Source of the DNA: the human T2T-CHM13v2.0 reference genome, Homo sapiens
Length of the DNA: 64,000 nucleotides
Assembly (NCBI RefSeq): GCF_009914755.1
Contig: NC_060930.1
Strand: one strand, 5' to 3'
Under the pieces are notes generated by a model, which saw only the letters and a list, made by a program, of their open reading frames with translations, was not told where the DNA came from and searched no databases. A program made the translations under genes and the position numbers. The number at the start of each line of letters is the position of its first letter. The first letter of the stretch is position 1. Of this stretch, positions 42,259 through 56,105 are shown piece by piece.

Positions 42259-43077
42259 GGAAAGTTAGATAAAAATGTATGAGGAAGCAAACTTTAAATG
42301 TCAGGTCTTTCTGATAACTAGAAGCATACAAATATGAAACTACAGTCTTGTGCAGTTTGAATTGCCCACTAGTGGGTATATTCAAGCAGTTCTAGTTATA
42401 AGATGTTTTCTAAAACTGTGAATAAGAGACTGGATGACCTTGCCTGAAAGTTCTTTCTAATTTAAATTTCCTTGATTTAAAGATATAATGTAATTATATT
42501 GACCTTGGATTTTTGCTTAAGTAAGGTTTCCATAAAGAATTAGGCTCAGAACATCTGTTTTTCTGGGCTAATGCATGGGAGTAGTCTTGATACTTTACAT
42601 GATATATTAGAGCCATTAATACACCAGAATTTTAAGACCAATTTAAGTAGTGCAAGCAAGAATAATAGATCTGGGGGGAGGATATCTGTAGTTTGCAAAA
42701 TTTAATGAAAAATGGAAATCAAGTCTTGAGGAAAGATGGGAATCATGGCAGCCCTGAATCTCAGTAGTAGAATTTGCAGACTATTTGTAGATGTCTCAGT
42801 TTTAAAACACTTCTATTGCTACATGTCTGTGTTCAGTATTCAAATTTCCATGGAAAACCAATTGATTTAAATTAAGTCATAACACTTCTGTGGCCAAAGC
42901 AGTGAATTAGAAAGGAAGTTGGTAGGAGAGGAGAACCAAGCACTATGACTTCCAGACCCACCAGAACCAAGGTTCAGTAAGAATATTGGCTGAGAGTGTT
43001 ATATCGAAGATGGGATGGGCTAGGAATTAGAAGTCGCCCAAAGGAAAGGGTAAAGATGTTACACCCCACCGCACACA

Positions 43078-43080
<3 letters not shown>

Positions 43081-43115
<35 letters not shown>

Positions 43116-43122
43116 ACACACA
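43081..43122. repeat. (CA)n microsatellite
   Basis: Direct inspection. Confidence 0.95.
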
Positions 43123-43199
43123 ACACCCAAAAACAAACCCAACCAAACAAACAAACTGGGATGAAGGTGAGAAAGGATGCTGGGCAGATAAAACAGTTA

Positions 43200-43365
43200 G
43201 TAATTTTCCAATCTATTTCTGTCTCCCCAGTGATCTCTAAGATCCTTGAAGTCAAAATTATGTCTTGTTCGCTATTAAGTTTCCAGCCTCTCCCACATCC
43301 TATGGCACATAGCATTTTGTGTAGTACATATTTTGTTAAAAAACAAATGAATAAATGAGTGAATG
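43200..43365 (+). mobile_element. L2 3' end
   Basis: tctgtctccccag...taagatccttgaag...tggcacatag...aatgaataaatgagtgaatg. Confidence 0.7.
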
Positions 43366-45279
43366 TACTTAAGTAAAACAGTTTAGAAGCTTATGGAACC
43401 CCCTTTCATAGATACGAGGGATGCAATTTAGCAAGCTGCTGACTCTCTGATCTTCCAAAGCTATTAAAACACATGCCAGCCACTGGATAGTGATGGAGAT
43501 GCAAACTTCATCTTTTTCTTATTCCCTCTTTCCTTTTGTGTCCTTTCCTTTCTTTTATTCTCCCACTCTCCCTCACTTCATCTTCTCTTTTGTTCCTTTC
43601 CTGCTTTCCTTAATATGTACTATTTCGTTACAGATCATAAAGACAATATAAATTATTTTTACTTATTAGCAAAATGTAATTATACACAATGATATTTAAA
43701 TGATAGTTATTCTGTTTGTATTCTCATAATAGTTGAACACAGCAGATGGACTGTAAAATATTGCCAAAAAGTCTTGGATTCTAAGGTGTTTTTACTGTTT
43801 CCCGTGTTTCTAGGGAAACTGTAATAATCAGGTTTTTCATCTGAATCCTTTAAAGCTTTGATGAAATCCAGTTCAAAAGTAGAACTAATCATAGTTTATA
43901 ATGAGCTTTGAGAGATTTTTCTTGTAAATTCAAAGAAAAAAAAAGAACCATAAGAGAATTTCAAATGCTGTTAATGAGGCTGAAATTTTTATAAAAATCA
44001 GAAAATAACTATCTTAAAAACAAATTGCATATATATTATTATGTATGTTCACTGTATCCATATTTGAATAACTACCACCAGCAATTCAGGGCTCTTTGCA
44101 TTTTATGGTCACCTAATCTCTAAAGATTCTTCTTTATCAATAACAGGCGTATTTAAAGAATGGTCACTGTAGCAAGAAGGTTGTTTTGATGCACAGTATT
44201 TAGAAGAAATTGTAGCATCTTCCTTTAAAACACATTCTAAAAATTGCATCAGCAAATATGCATAAAAGATCATATTATAGTTTGTAGTATTTAAAATATT
44301 ATGCATTAGTTCAAAACATTACCGAGTTAGCAATTTTTAGACGCTACTTACAAATAGCTGTTTTGGAAGAACATGAGCCATTTGGAGCTTTTTGGAAGAG
44401 TTTTATTATTATATAACTATGAGCGTGTAAGTGATGTCACAGCTCAAGCAGAAAATTAACTAAATTTTGAAAAATTAATGTCTCCATATGAAATGAAAAT
44501 TCAGTGATATCAAGAATGCTACACCAATAATTATGCCCTTTTTTTGTTTTGAATGTCATCAAAGGCTATTTAAAGATTGTAATGTGTTTAGATTTCAAGC
44601 CGATTGTGTCAAGGAGGGTAAGAAAGTACCCTAGATGTACTAGAATGATACCTTCTCTTAATGGATAATGACATATATGTTAAGCAACACAAGGAAAAAA
44701 TTTTGTTGTATAGAAAATTGGATTCTTTCCTGTGTGTGCTTTTGTAATATATGCTTAGGAACACATAAGCTTAATGCCATTTAAAAAACAAGCAAACAAA
44801 AAAAGGACAAACCCAGAAAATGATGGATGTCCTGCTTACCTGGAATAGATCAATTTTGTAAGCACCTGGAAGAACATCTAATGCAGACAAAAATCAATGT
44901 GACTCCATGAAGAACACTTCTTGTTGGATTAATCTTATTTTCTTCTGTGCCAGAATGACAAACTTAGTAGATCCATCAGAAGTCAAAGCCCCAGTGTAAC
45001 TTCACTTAGTGAGGCTTTTCTTTTATTCTAAACCATATCCCAGTTAACAACCTGGAAAATGTAAACCTTTCTACAAATAAGCAAAAGGTGGGCAATAGTT
45101 TTGGCCAATGGGGACATTTCAAATAAACCCTACCAGTACCAAATATATTCATACATGATCTGAACAATACCATCACAAAAACATAAAGAATATCTAACAT
45201 TTGTTTATGCCTTCCCATATGCTGGATATTATTCCATGGTATTTACATGTGTTAACCCACTTAATCCTATTTGAAGGGT

Positions 45280-45525
45280 GACATATGGTACTGTATAAAG
45301 GCCTGGCCTCCCGAGCCTGTGTTTATACTCCAGCTCTGCCATGTGGCTGTGTGGCCTTAGGCAAGTTATTCAGTCTCTCTGTGACTGGGTGTATTCTCAT
45401 GTAACATGGGGATAATAGTTCTTAGCCCTTAGAGTTAGGAAGATTAAATGAGATATTATTTTTAAAGTGCTTAAACAGTGAATGGCCCAAAGCCAATGCT
45501 ACATACATTTTGCTAAATAAATGAA
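45280..45525 (+). mobile_element. MIR
   Basis: ccagctctgcca...gctgtgtggccttaggcaagttatt...aagattaaatgagat. Confidence 0.85.
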
Positions 45526-46349
45526 AATATAATCCAAACAATAAGTTGTCAATTACAGAGAAATGCTTAGTAAGGGGATGGCCAAAATATTGCTTTTAGT
45601 GAAGAGCTCCAAACAATGCCCAGTGATAGAAAATGATTGAGTAAGCAGAGTATAATATAGCAGAAGAAGTGCTGTGATCTCAGTGGGACGCTGGTTGAGC
45701 ATATGTCAAGAACACAGGGCTGTAATTACTTAAAATAAACAGACACTAGGTTTTCTTGATGGAAGAGTGTCAAAACAATACTAACCCTGATTCTGGTACT
45801 TTCATCCCTTTTTACTACATTGTAACCAATATAGTTTTTTCTCCTTTTTATATCCCCTCCATCCCCTTTTCCCTTTCTTCCATTCACCTTTTATTTTTAA
45901 TAACAATTTGGAGAAAAAGATCACCCAGTGGCAATATTTTTATCATTGAAAACTATGCTGGAGAAAATTAATAGAGCTTGAACTGATAGATCATCTGTAT
46001 AAGATATTGTGCATTCTAAACATAAGTTTAAGGCATTCTTGTCACATGTCATCATTTAATACAAAGCTGAATGAAACTCCATGAGAATTATATTTCCCTA
46101 TCGAACTAGGCCTTCTGTGTACCCCGGGGGAATGAAAACCAGGTTTTGGTCCTGCCCTGGAAGTGTGTGAGTGACTCAATTTGTTGCTTCTCGAAGACTT
46201 TTTAACATTGTTGTGGATCCAGTATGAATCACCACTGAAGCGCTTCACTTCATTGCCTCTTCTCTCAATTATTATTTTATTTTGGCTCTGTACCTGTAGT
46301 ATACCTTCTTCTTTATGCTATGTCTAAGTTTTTGTTCAAATTCGTCTAA

Positions 46350-46570
46350 CCTTTGAGTGCCTCCTCTATGCTATGCTCTATGCTCTTACGCATTTTAAAT
46401 CACTTAATCTTCACAATAGCCCTTTGATATTGTTATTATTCTGCTCACTATGCAGTTTGGGAAACTGAGATTTAGAAAAGTTAATTAATTTGTTCAAGGT
46501 CATCCAATAAGGCAGTGGTAGAGGTGAAATTAAAACTCTGGTCTTCTCAATGTTACAATCTGCCAATTTC
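46350..46570 (-). mobile_element. MIR
   Basis: cacttaatcttcacaatagccct...ggaaactgagatttagaaaagttaattaatttgttcaaggtca. Confidence 0.8.
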
Positions 46571-48154
46571 TTCTAAACCTTTTGTTGAGCTGTGCTCATG
46601 AAATAAATATACAGTAGTGCTTTTAAATATAAAGGAGTTATTCTGCTCTTTTGTAAAATAATAAAGACCGCCCTAGGATGGATCGCCACATATATTTTCT
46701 ATTTCTCTAAGTAGTATGTTCAAAGCTGAACATTTGTTTCTTCATCTTTGCCATTCTTTCCTTCTTTTCCCCTGAAGTTTCTCCTCTCTTGAACATTTAA
46801 GGACACCTCCTCAAATTGTTTCTTAATTTTAGATGATGTTCATAATTTTACAATATTTTTCTAGGAATATTTAGTTATGCCACTGGGGAGATGCTTATGG
46901 AGAATATGCCTTTTTTCTGACTGCTTAAGTAGATGAGTGCTTCTGTTATCTACCTCCGAGGTGTATAGAAAGCTGTAGTGCACCATCTTGTTAATGTTTT
47001 CTCTCACAAAACAAAGCCAGTGCTTCTTAAACTTTGTCTTCTAAGATTTTCTAAAAGCCTGTAGGCCGTGTACATATTTCCAGTTTGAGTCATCTAAAGT
47101 AGCTTATTTTAAGAGAAAATTTTTTGGGAGTCTGTTTTCTCTTTTAAGTTGTATGCATATTTTTCATTTTACTGCATAATACAGAGAGTTTTTTTGAAAG
47201 ATAAAAGTAAAATGTTACTCAAATCTTCAAGGAAATGTGCCTAGCTAGATTTATGTAAATCTTTATCTTGCGGTGTTTCATAGACACTTGGCTTGATTTT
47301 ACAGAATATGGAAATATACTGTGAATTTGTTAAGTGATAATAGTGCAAACATATATACTATTATTTCATACAAGCAACTTTTTACTAGGCAAAGATTTTA
47401 ATTTTGACTCAACTTGAAAGACTAGAACTAAAGTCATATTACACAATCCTTAGGTCACAAACCTTAAAGTCTTTCTCATAGCGATTTTCTAATGATATAT
47501 TTGAATCTTATAATTAGCTTTCCCTTTCATAATTAGCTGTATTATACATCTGATTTTTGATTTCTTACTTTAACTCCTTTCTCCTATTTCCAAGAGGTTA
47601 GAATTCTTGCTTATCTGTGCTGCCATTTAGTTCTCAACATTTTTTTTTTTCTGAGCTGATCCCTCTAGCTTTTTTCATTCTCCTGCATCCAGTGCCCCAT
47701 TCATCTCTTCCATGCAGCTGAATTTAGTTAAATGTCTACCTTACTTACTTAAGTGTATTGCATGAACTTTTCATGGTTATTCACTTTTAGATTTCGACTC
47801 AAAAGTGCCTGGATTATTTCTGCCTATCATTCTACTCTATAGGCAAGAGTGATGCTGAGCTGGAATAACAATAAACACAAGAAAATTCTTTTCTGGACTA
47901 AACATCTTTATTATTAAAGTGAGAATATAAGATGTTGCGGTTATCTCAAAAATGATTTCAGAAAAGGTGATAAATATTTCTGTCTTGGGACAGAATCTAC
48001 TCATTTTAAGCACTGCTTAATAATCACCCTTAATGATTAACCTGATACCTTTATGTTGGCCTTTTATTTGAGAATTTTCTATATCTCCACCCATAATTTG
48101 TCTGAACTTTTAAGTGTTAAAGATCTCAAAAAGGTATTTTATTTCATATATTGA

Positions 48155-48410
48155 GGGCATTGTAGCAAAGCAGTTAAGAGCACAGATTAGAGACAAACTG
48201 AAGGTATTAAATCCCGGTTTCACACTTATCACCTAAGAGACCTTGAACAAATTAATCTTTCTATGCCCTAGTTTCAGAGGATAACAATAGTTCTTACCAC
48301 ACAAGAGTGTTGCATGGATTAAATTAGTAATGTCTCTTAAAGAATATAGAACAATGCCTGACATATTCCAAGTGCTACCTATGTATTAGTTAATATTGTT
48401 CTATAATATT
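48155..48410 (+). mobile_element. MIR
   Basis: gtagcaaagcagttaagagcacag...gaccttgaacaaatt...agaacaatgcctgacata. Confidence 0.8.
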
Positions 48411-48424
48411 ATCTCCTTAATTAA

Positions 48425-48822
<398 letters not shown>

Positions 48823-49008
48823 GTTTTTGTTTCTTTAGCTCATGCCTCATTCTGATATAAACTCCTGCCATCTACATTATAGTATTTCCCCTCTTTCTCC
48901 TACAACATGTGAAATCATGAAAACAAAGGATGAGTGTAATATTTGAATTATCCTACGCAAATTGCGAACCTATAATAGTCTGTGCATTTTTTATTAGCAG
49001 TTTCTTTT

Positions 49009-50350
49009 TTTTGGATTTTTTTTTATTATACTTTAAGTTTTAGGGTACATATGCACAACGTGCAGGTTTGTTACATATGTATACATGTGCCATGTTGGTG
49101 TGCTGCACCCATTAACTCGTCATTTAACATTAGATATATCTCCTAATGCTATCCTTCCCCACTCCCCCTACCCCACAACAGGACCCAGTCTGTGATGTTC
49201 CCCTTCCTGTGTCCATGTGTTCTCATTGTTCAATTTCCACCTATGAGTGAGAACATGCGGTGTTTGGATTTTTGTCCTTGCAAAAATTTGCTGAGAATGA
49301 TGGTTTAAAGCTTCATCTATGTCCCTACAAAGGACATGAACTCATCATTTTTCATGGCTGCATAGTATTCCATGGTGTATATGTGCCACATTTTCTTAAT
49401 CCAGTCTATCATTGTTGGACATTTGGGTTGGTTCCAAGTCTTTGCTATTGTGAATAGTGCCGCAATAAACATACATGTGCATGTGTCTTTATAGCAGCAT
49501 GATTTATAATCCTTTGGGTATATACCCAGTAATGGGATGGCTGGGTCAAATGGTATTTCCAGTTCTAGATCCCTGAGGAATTGCCACACTGACTCCCACA
49601 ATGGTTGAACTAGTTTACAGTCCCACCAACAGTGTAAAAGTGTTCCTGTTTCTCCACATCCTCTCCAGCACCTGTTGTTTCCTGACTTTTGAATGATTGC
49701 CATTCTAACTGGTGTGAGATGGTATCTCATTGTGGTTTTGATTTGCATTTCTCTGATGGCCAGTGATGATGAGCATTTTTTCATGTGTCTTTTGGCTGCA
49801 TAAATGTCTTCTTTTGAGAAGTGTCTGTTCATATCCTTCGCCCACTTTTTGATGGGGTTGTTTGTTTTTTTCTTGTAAATTTGTTTGAGTTCTTTGTAGA
49901 TTCTGGATATTAGCCCTTTATCAGATGAGTAGATTGCAAAAATTGTCTCCCATTTTGTAGGTTGCCTGTTCACTCTGATGGTAGTTTCTTTTGCTCTGCA
50001 GAAGCTCCTTAGTTGAATTAGATCCCATTTGTCAATTTTGGCTTTTGTTGCCATTGCTTTTGGTGTTTTAGACCTGAAGTCCTTGCCCATGCCTATGTCC
50101 TGAATGGTAATGCCTAGGTTTTCTTCTAGAGTTTTTATGGTTTTAGGTCTAACGTTTAAGTCTTTAATCCATCTTGAATTAATTTTTGTATAAGGTGTAA
50201 GGAAGGGGTCCAGTTTCAGCTTTCTACATATGGCTAGCCAGTTTTCCCAGCACCATTTATTAAATAGGGAATCCTTTCCTCGTTTCTCGTTTTTGTCAGG
50301 TTTGCCAAAGATCAGATAGTTGTAGATATGTGGCATTATTTCTGAGGGCT
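49009..50350 (-). mobile_element. L1PA4-like, 5'-truncated (1.34 kb)
   Basis: 339 aa open ORF2 C-terminus with CCHC knuckle and a premature stop after FVGT; 3' UTR; TSD gcagtttctttt at 48997-49008 and 50351-50362. Confidence 0.97.
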
Positions 50351-50362
50351 GCAGTTTCTTTT

Positions 50363-50545
50363 ATCATCATTGTCATCATCATCACTGTATCATGATCATG
50401 ATCATCCTCTCATCATGTATAGCATTTGTTGAGTGCTTAGGATCTGCCAGGAACTAGTCAAAGCACTTTACATTTATTGAATCATTTAATAAGTACAAAA
50501 ATCGTATGAAGTAGGTAGTATTACTATCCTCAGTTTTAGGTATGG
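50363..50545 (-). mobile_element. (ATC)n-like tail plus MIR
   Basis: atcatcattgtcatcatcatc...agcatttgttgagtgctta...gtaggtagtattactatcctcagttt. Confidence 0.75.
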
Positions 50546-51444
50546 ATATGTAGAAGTATATTCTCTCCTCATGCTTTTTTCTTACCTCTGTATGGCCTCA
50601 GAGAACACTTATAGTTTGAACATCTCCTTATAGATAGTCCATGTTCCCTTCCTTATTTTGATCTCTTGGAAGAGGCCAGATGGTTATTGAGTGTATGATG
50701 CTATGTTTATCATTTATATCATCAAAGTTTTGAGTTCCTGACCATCTCTCAGGATATGAACAAAACTTGAGGATTAATTTAGGGGATATTAAAAGTGTCC
50801 AATTCTCAAACACATGGATCATCATGATTCTTTTTGTCAGGCACTGAATTAGAAGAAGAAACACATATAGCATACATTGTGGCATGAAAGAGAATGGGTT
50901 TCTGTGTGGGATATCACATAATGCCTCATTGGATGATCAAATAAAGGAGGGTTAGTAGTGATGAACTGAAAAAAAAAAAAAAAAAGATTGTATGTAGTAT
51001 TTCTCTGTGGTAGATGGGGCCAGCCTGGTAGGGTGGGAGGAGAAGGCTTGGCATTTCACGGAGACAGATGCTTGAATGGATTTTGCAGGTGGTTTTATGT
51101 TAGTTCATGGTGGGCTCATTGGCAGATCTTTCTTTGGCTCTTTTAGTTCAATCCTGGCTCAAGATGACATTGTGTGTCTCTGCTGGCAATATATATACAA
51201 TGACCTTACTCACCTTCCCAATATTTTTCCAGTATACATTATAATATATTTTTATTTAATTTTATCTGATTTTAATGCAGCAATTTTTTTCTTTTAGTTT
51301 AAGTTTTTAGAGAGCCACTTTATGGATAAAATTTCCTTGATGCTGTATGAATCAGCCATCAAAATGCTAGGGTAAGAAGAGAAACTTAGGTATCTGCTCT
51401 TTTTTGACTTAAGTTAAAACATCATATGCAGTACCAAAGTAATA

Positions 51445-51690
51445 AAAACTAACACTTGTTTGAGTGGTCGTGGAATGTCAGTGTCTTGAGTGCTTTACAT
51501 AGTTTGGTGCCTTTTAATTCTCACAACAATCCAGTGAAGTGAGAACTATAATTATCCCCATTTTGCCAATGAAGAAAAGAAGATATGGAGTTGTCAAATA
51601 ACTTTTCTGAAGCTACTCACAAAGTAGCCAAGTAGGATTTGCACCCAAGCCTCTGTCTCCAGGACCCATGCTCTTAACCATCACACCACC
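51445..51690 (-). mobile_element. MIR
   Basis: ttaattctcacaacaatcc...attatccccattttg...ggatttgcacccaagc...catgctcttaacca. Confidence 0.85.
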
Positions 51691-53264
51691 TCCTTTTGTA
51701 CAGTTTTCTCTAGGCTGGATGCTTCATTGCACAAATCATTTTCTATTAGCTATCAAGCACAAACTGAGCCAAAAGCTCTATTGCTAAGATGCACAAAATT
51801 ATAACTTGAAATTGTTTTTCTGCATTCTCCATTTTTTACTAGCAGGAGAATAGGAGACCTTAATTTTTATTTCAATTAGTAACATTGAAATACATTAAAC
51901 AGAATCTGTGGTGGCAGCTGTGTATTCTCACTTTGACTTGAAAACTACATTCATTGATATCTTTTTAGTCTTTGGAAAGAAATTTATTGTCCATTATAGC
52001 TGCTACTGCTCTGAACCCTTTTGATAATTGTCCATGCAAGAGCCTGTTCTCTTTCCTTTGAGAAAATAACAATGGCATACTGTACTTCACAGGTGCAAAA
52101 ATGAAATGATTTGCTCCATCATTTAGTTTGCTTAATTTACAGCTTTTTATGTTTAATTATGTCTATTGTTCATAGATTGGATATTGAGGATCCAACAAAG
52201 ATGATATTTGAAACAGCTTTGTAATGTCATTGAGTAGGTCCTACACTGCAGGATACTTAAATCTTTTCTCCAATTGTGACAGTTTGGATATCCTCAGGGG
52301 TTCCGAGCTGTCTTCAATTATGCCAGCTGTCTTAACGTGGAATGTAAAACTACTATTACAGTGGGGAATTAAATATTATTTGGCCCAATTTTACCTTTCT
52401 AGTCAACAGTGAATAGCATGTGCCTGCATATACACTGAAAGCAGACTGTAGCGCGATGTGTTAATGTGCTGTGGATACAGTTTTCCTTTATAAGCATTTA
52501 TGATTCCAAGAGAATACCCATCTGCCACTAATAAGTTGAGTAACCTTGAGTATGCTTCTTTATCTCTCTGATTTCTACTTCTTCACCTATAAAATGAAAG
52601 CGTTACTAAATAATTTGGAAGCCATTTGGCATAGAATCATGTAAGTCTTATTATTTGGAGAATTTTATTGTTCTCTTCTCTGCTCCCTGCTCTGATGACC
52701 TAATGGAGCCTCAGCCTCACCTAAGGCTCACCTCATGACTACAGTTTCTGCAAAGATTGGCAGCTATAGCAAGATCACTGTGATCTCAAACTTCTCCCTA
52801 CTCTGTTATCCTCAGAGATGCATGTTTCCTGAGAGCTTTTTTAGAAACCAGTCAGAATGAAATTTGCAAGAATATCAGATTTTTTCTTTTTGGAACTGGT
52901 GTGCAGCAAGATTTCAGCTGACTGTTTAAGGTATAGTTCTCATTTGGGAGAGCTTCGTATAGCACTTGCAAACAGAAATTTTAGGTGATATCCTGGTTCT
53001 AAAGGATGGGGGGTGGTGGTGGTGACTTAAGCCCATAAATCCTTCTAAGTTATATTTGAATGCCATTCTAGGTATGCATAATTTATTATACTATTCATTT
53101 TATCACTATCCACAGACATGGGAGAACTAGAAATTGAGGGTGGGATAAAATTTTAGAGGAGTAAGAAGACACTGCAGGACATTTATGGTCTAAAAGCCTA
53201 AATATTTTTCTAGTTAGTCATTGGACATGGCCATATCCGGGCCTGGATGAATCTCAATTATTTT

Positions 53265-53390
53265 CATTGATTTATTTAATAAACAAGAATTTGTTGTGGA
53301 CTCAGCATGTGTCCCGCACTGTTCTGGACTCTTGGAACATAGAAGCGAACAAGGAAGACAAAGCCTCTGCCCCTATAAGACTTATACTAC
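53265..53390 (-). mobile_element. L2 3' end
   Basis: ttcattgatttatttaataaaca...gcactgttctggactcttggaacatag...agacaaagcctctgccc. Confidence 0.65.
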
Positions 53391-55594
53391 CAAAAAGAGT
53401 TCAGCACTGAGACGTGAGCTTACTTCCTCCCGAGCATTATCTTTATGCCTATATATGTTAATTCTCTCCTTCACTTTGCTCGTTTTCATTCTTGGAATTC
53501 TATCTTGTCACAAAAGCCAAACAGATAGTGCAAAGTTTTAGTATACTAGACAAAACATTATTATGTTATGGCTTCTTGCTTCCTGATATGGTGGCAATAA
53601 TTATGATTGGGGAAGATTAGTGTAAAGCTTCTGCACCAAGCATAGTGCTGACCTAAGGCAGTAAGGTAATAAGTAAGTTAATAAATGAAAAATATTGGAT
53701 GAACCTGAATTTGGTCTGTCTTCAGGCTTGGTTGTGGTGTAGAGTAATTGGGAATGGGTGGATGCATGTGTAGTTTTTTTCAGTATCATGACTAGAGGGT
53801 AATAGAAGAATATCTACTTGTACTTTAGAAAAGAGGAGACCTTGGAAGTGGGAGTAAATTCAAGATACAGCACAAATCAACTCAGAAATTCCTATCATTT
53901 GGCAGTTGAGAAAATTTGAGCTGAAAGTTTTCAAATGATTTGTCAGAATTATACAGAAATTCCCTGGGCAGTTTTTGGTGCTGGAGGGCTGAAGTGGTGG
54001 TATTTAGCTTCCTCAAATTTCTAGTTTTAAGAAGGCAGTCCTAAACTTTAACCCAAAGGATCTCTGTTCCTTGCTTTTTTCCAGCTGGTAGTATCTTATG
54101 GGACTCATGTGGCATATTTTCCTGCTTTTGCTTTGGCTGGGTTTCTTTAGGGTAAATCCCAGGGAGCCCCTCCTAACCCTGCATTATTTCTAGAGGGAAA
54201 ATAATAAAAGGGTTAGAGATGATAATCACTGGAAATTCTCAAAGGATAATCCTCCCCATTCAATATTTGGCCTTGCTCCTTCATGGCATTATATATGGGT
54301 GGGAAATATCAGTGTGTGCATTTAGCTTTGTTGGTCTTTGAGATGCTTCACTGCACATAATGTGGCACTAATCATGATGCTCTGCCCAGACAGATGTGTC
54401 TAACCTGCTATCTGTGCACCTGAGAATTGGCAAGGTGATGTACTCAGCATTCTATTATAAGCTTATTTCTCTAGGCACTTCAAAAGCCACTAATGAAAAA
54501 GTCTCTTCTGCCACCTGAGGCATCCTTTTACTGTTTCATTGGTTTTTAAAGATGATCAATAGGAAATACTCTAAAAAACACTCTATGTCTGAAGTTCAAA
54601 CTACTAGATTTTCATAAGTTTAGGCAGCTCTGCACAATTGTAATGCTCTTTAACTTCCACTTGTAATCATATTGAAAATGTACATGACCATATTACTTAT
54701 GCCTCAAAGTTACCCCAGTGAATATTTTATCCTCATTCATTTAACAGTCAAGGCCAGTTCTCTGTCAAACATTGGAAGGAAACATAAAATGTCTTTAAGA
54801 AGCTCACATTTTTAGAAAGGAGGCAGAAAAAGAAAACAATTGAGTACAATGTCATAAACACTACAATAGATTTATATACTGAATATTATAGGTTTAATAT
54901 GGCACGGCAATTAATGTGCATAGTGATTGTCCTATTTCATTAGAAAGCTATTAAATATTTTCAGCATTCTCAATTAAAAGGTTAGGGTGTATCAATGTAT
55001 TATAGAAAGAGTTACTTTAAAATGTGTTAATTAAAGGGATATGTTTGAGTTCCTGGAACTGTCATATTTCAAATATTTTCTTTTGTATACATTTCTGATT
55101 CGTGAAGAATTATTTTGTTTATACTCTGCTATAACCTAACTTAAGAATTTACATTTTCTGGTAGCTAGTATATGTTCAGTAGATATCTAATGAATGATTG
55201 AATAGTTCTTTATATGAAAAAAATACCACCATCAAAAGTTTAATTATAAAGTTATAGCATAAATGATCACAGGGAGTTTAAACCCAACTGTAATTTGGTT
55301 ACTAGATAGAGGCATTGACTTAGGTGATCTATGCACAGAACTAATAAGGCCAAGGTCAAAGTTTCCTTCTTTGTATGAGCAAGTTAAATTTGTGTTATGA
55401 AAGGCAGTGGGGCAAAGATGTTTGAGGATTTAGCTAAAACAATCTGATTCTGCAAGCCATAGGTAAAATTTTAGAAAATTGGAAAGAGTCAGAATTTAAA
55501 AGTTAAAGTAATAAGAACAAAGGCTAAAACAGGAAAAAGCAGAATGTACCTTTATCCTTATCAGGAGACGCCTTGAATCACAGTACTCACTTTG

Positions 55595-56105
55595 TACTTG
55601 CCTGCCCATACCGCCTTCCAGAGGAACTATCTACTGACAGACGCAGTCACCTCAGTGGACGGGTGTTGTTTGGGCCACTTCCCTGTCCATAGTTGACTGC
55701 TAGATTTGGGTGGAATCTTGACCCAAGAACAGCTAACACATGCTTCTATATGTGACCTGGCACCAGAGTTTGAGCTGTGTATATCTATGTAAACGTAGAG
55801 AGTGAAACCATAAGCAGTAGGAACAGAATTAGCAAAGTTATGGCTGAAATTACAAAGAAGGAGAAATCACAAGAAAAAGAGCCCGGTTCTGCAGGAAGAA
55901 TAGAGACCCAAGGTGAGACCAACCAGGCCCTGAGAGACACAAAGGGACAGAGCTGCCAAAGCTCCTGAAGTTCGTGTTAGTGTCTGTGTCCTTCAGATTG
56001 TGACCACCCCAACATGCATTCAGAGACACAAGATTTTTATTATTGTTAGAGGTGACTAAAGTGACTTTTTGTTCTTTGCAACACACCCAAAGAGCCAATT
56101 AAAAT
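55595..56105 (+). mobile_element. Ancient ERVL-type LTR (LTR33/LTR16-like)
   Basis: Locally GC-richer; cttgacccaag; 3' end tttttgttctttgcaacacacccaaagagcc. Confidence 0.5.

Noticed and set aside
43707-43920. Protein-looking minus-strand ORF (ELDFIKALKDSDEKPDYYSF) with an upstream pyrimidine tract
   Set aside because: All three frames stop soon after the candidate acceptor; weak donor; peptide not recognised.
49317-50336. 339 aa ORF as a gene
   Set aside because: C-terminal L1 ORF2 in a 5'-truncated, promoterless copy with a premature stop; lacks endonuclease and RT core.
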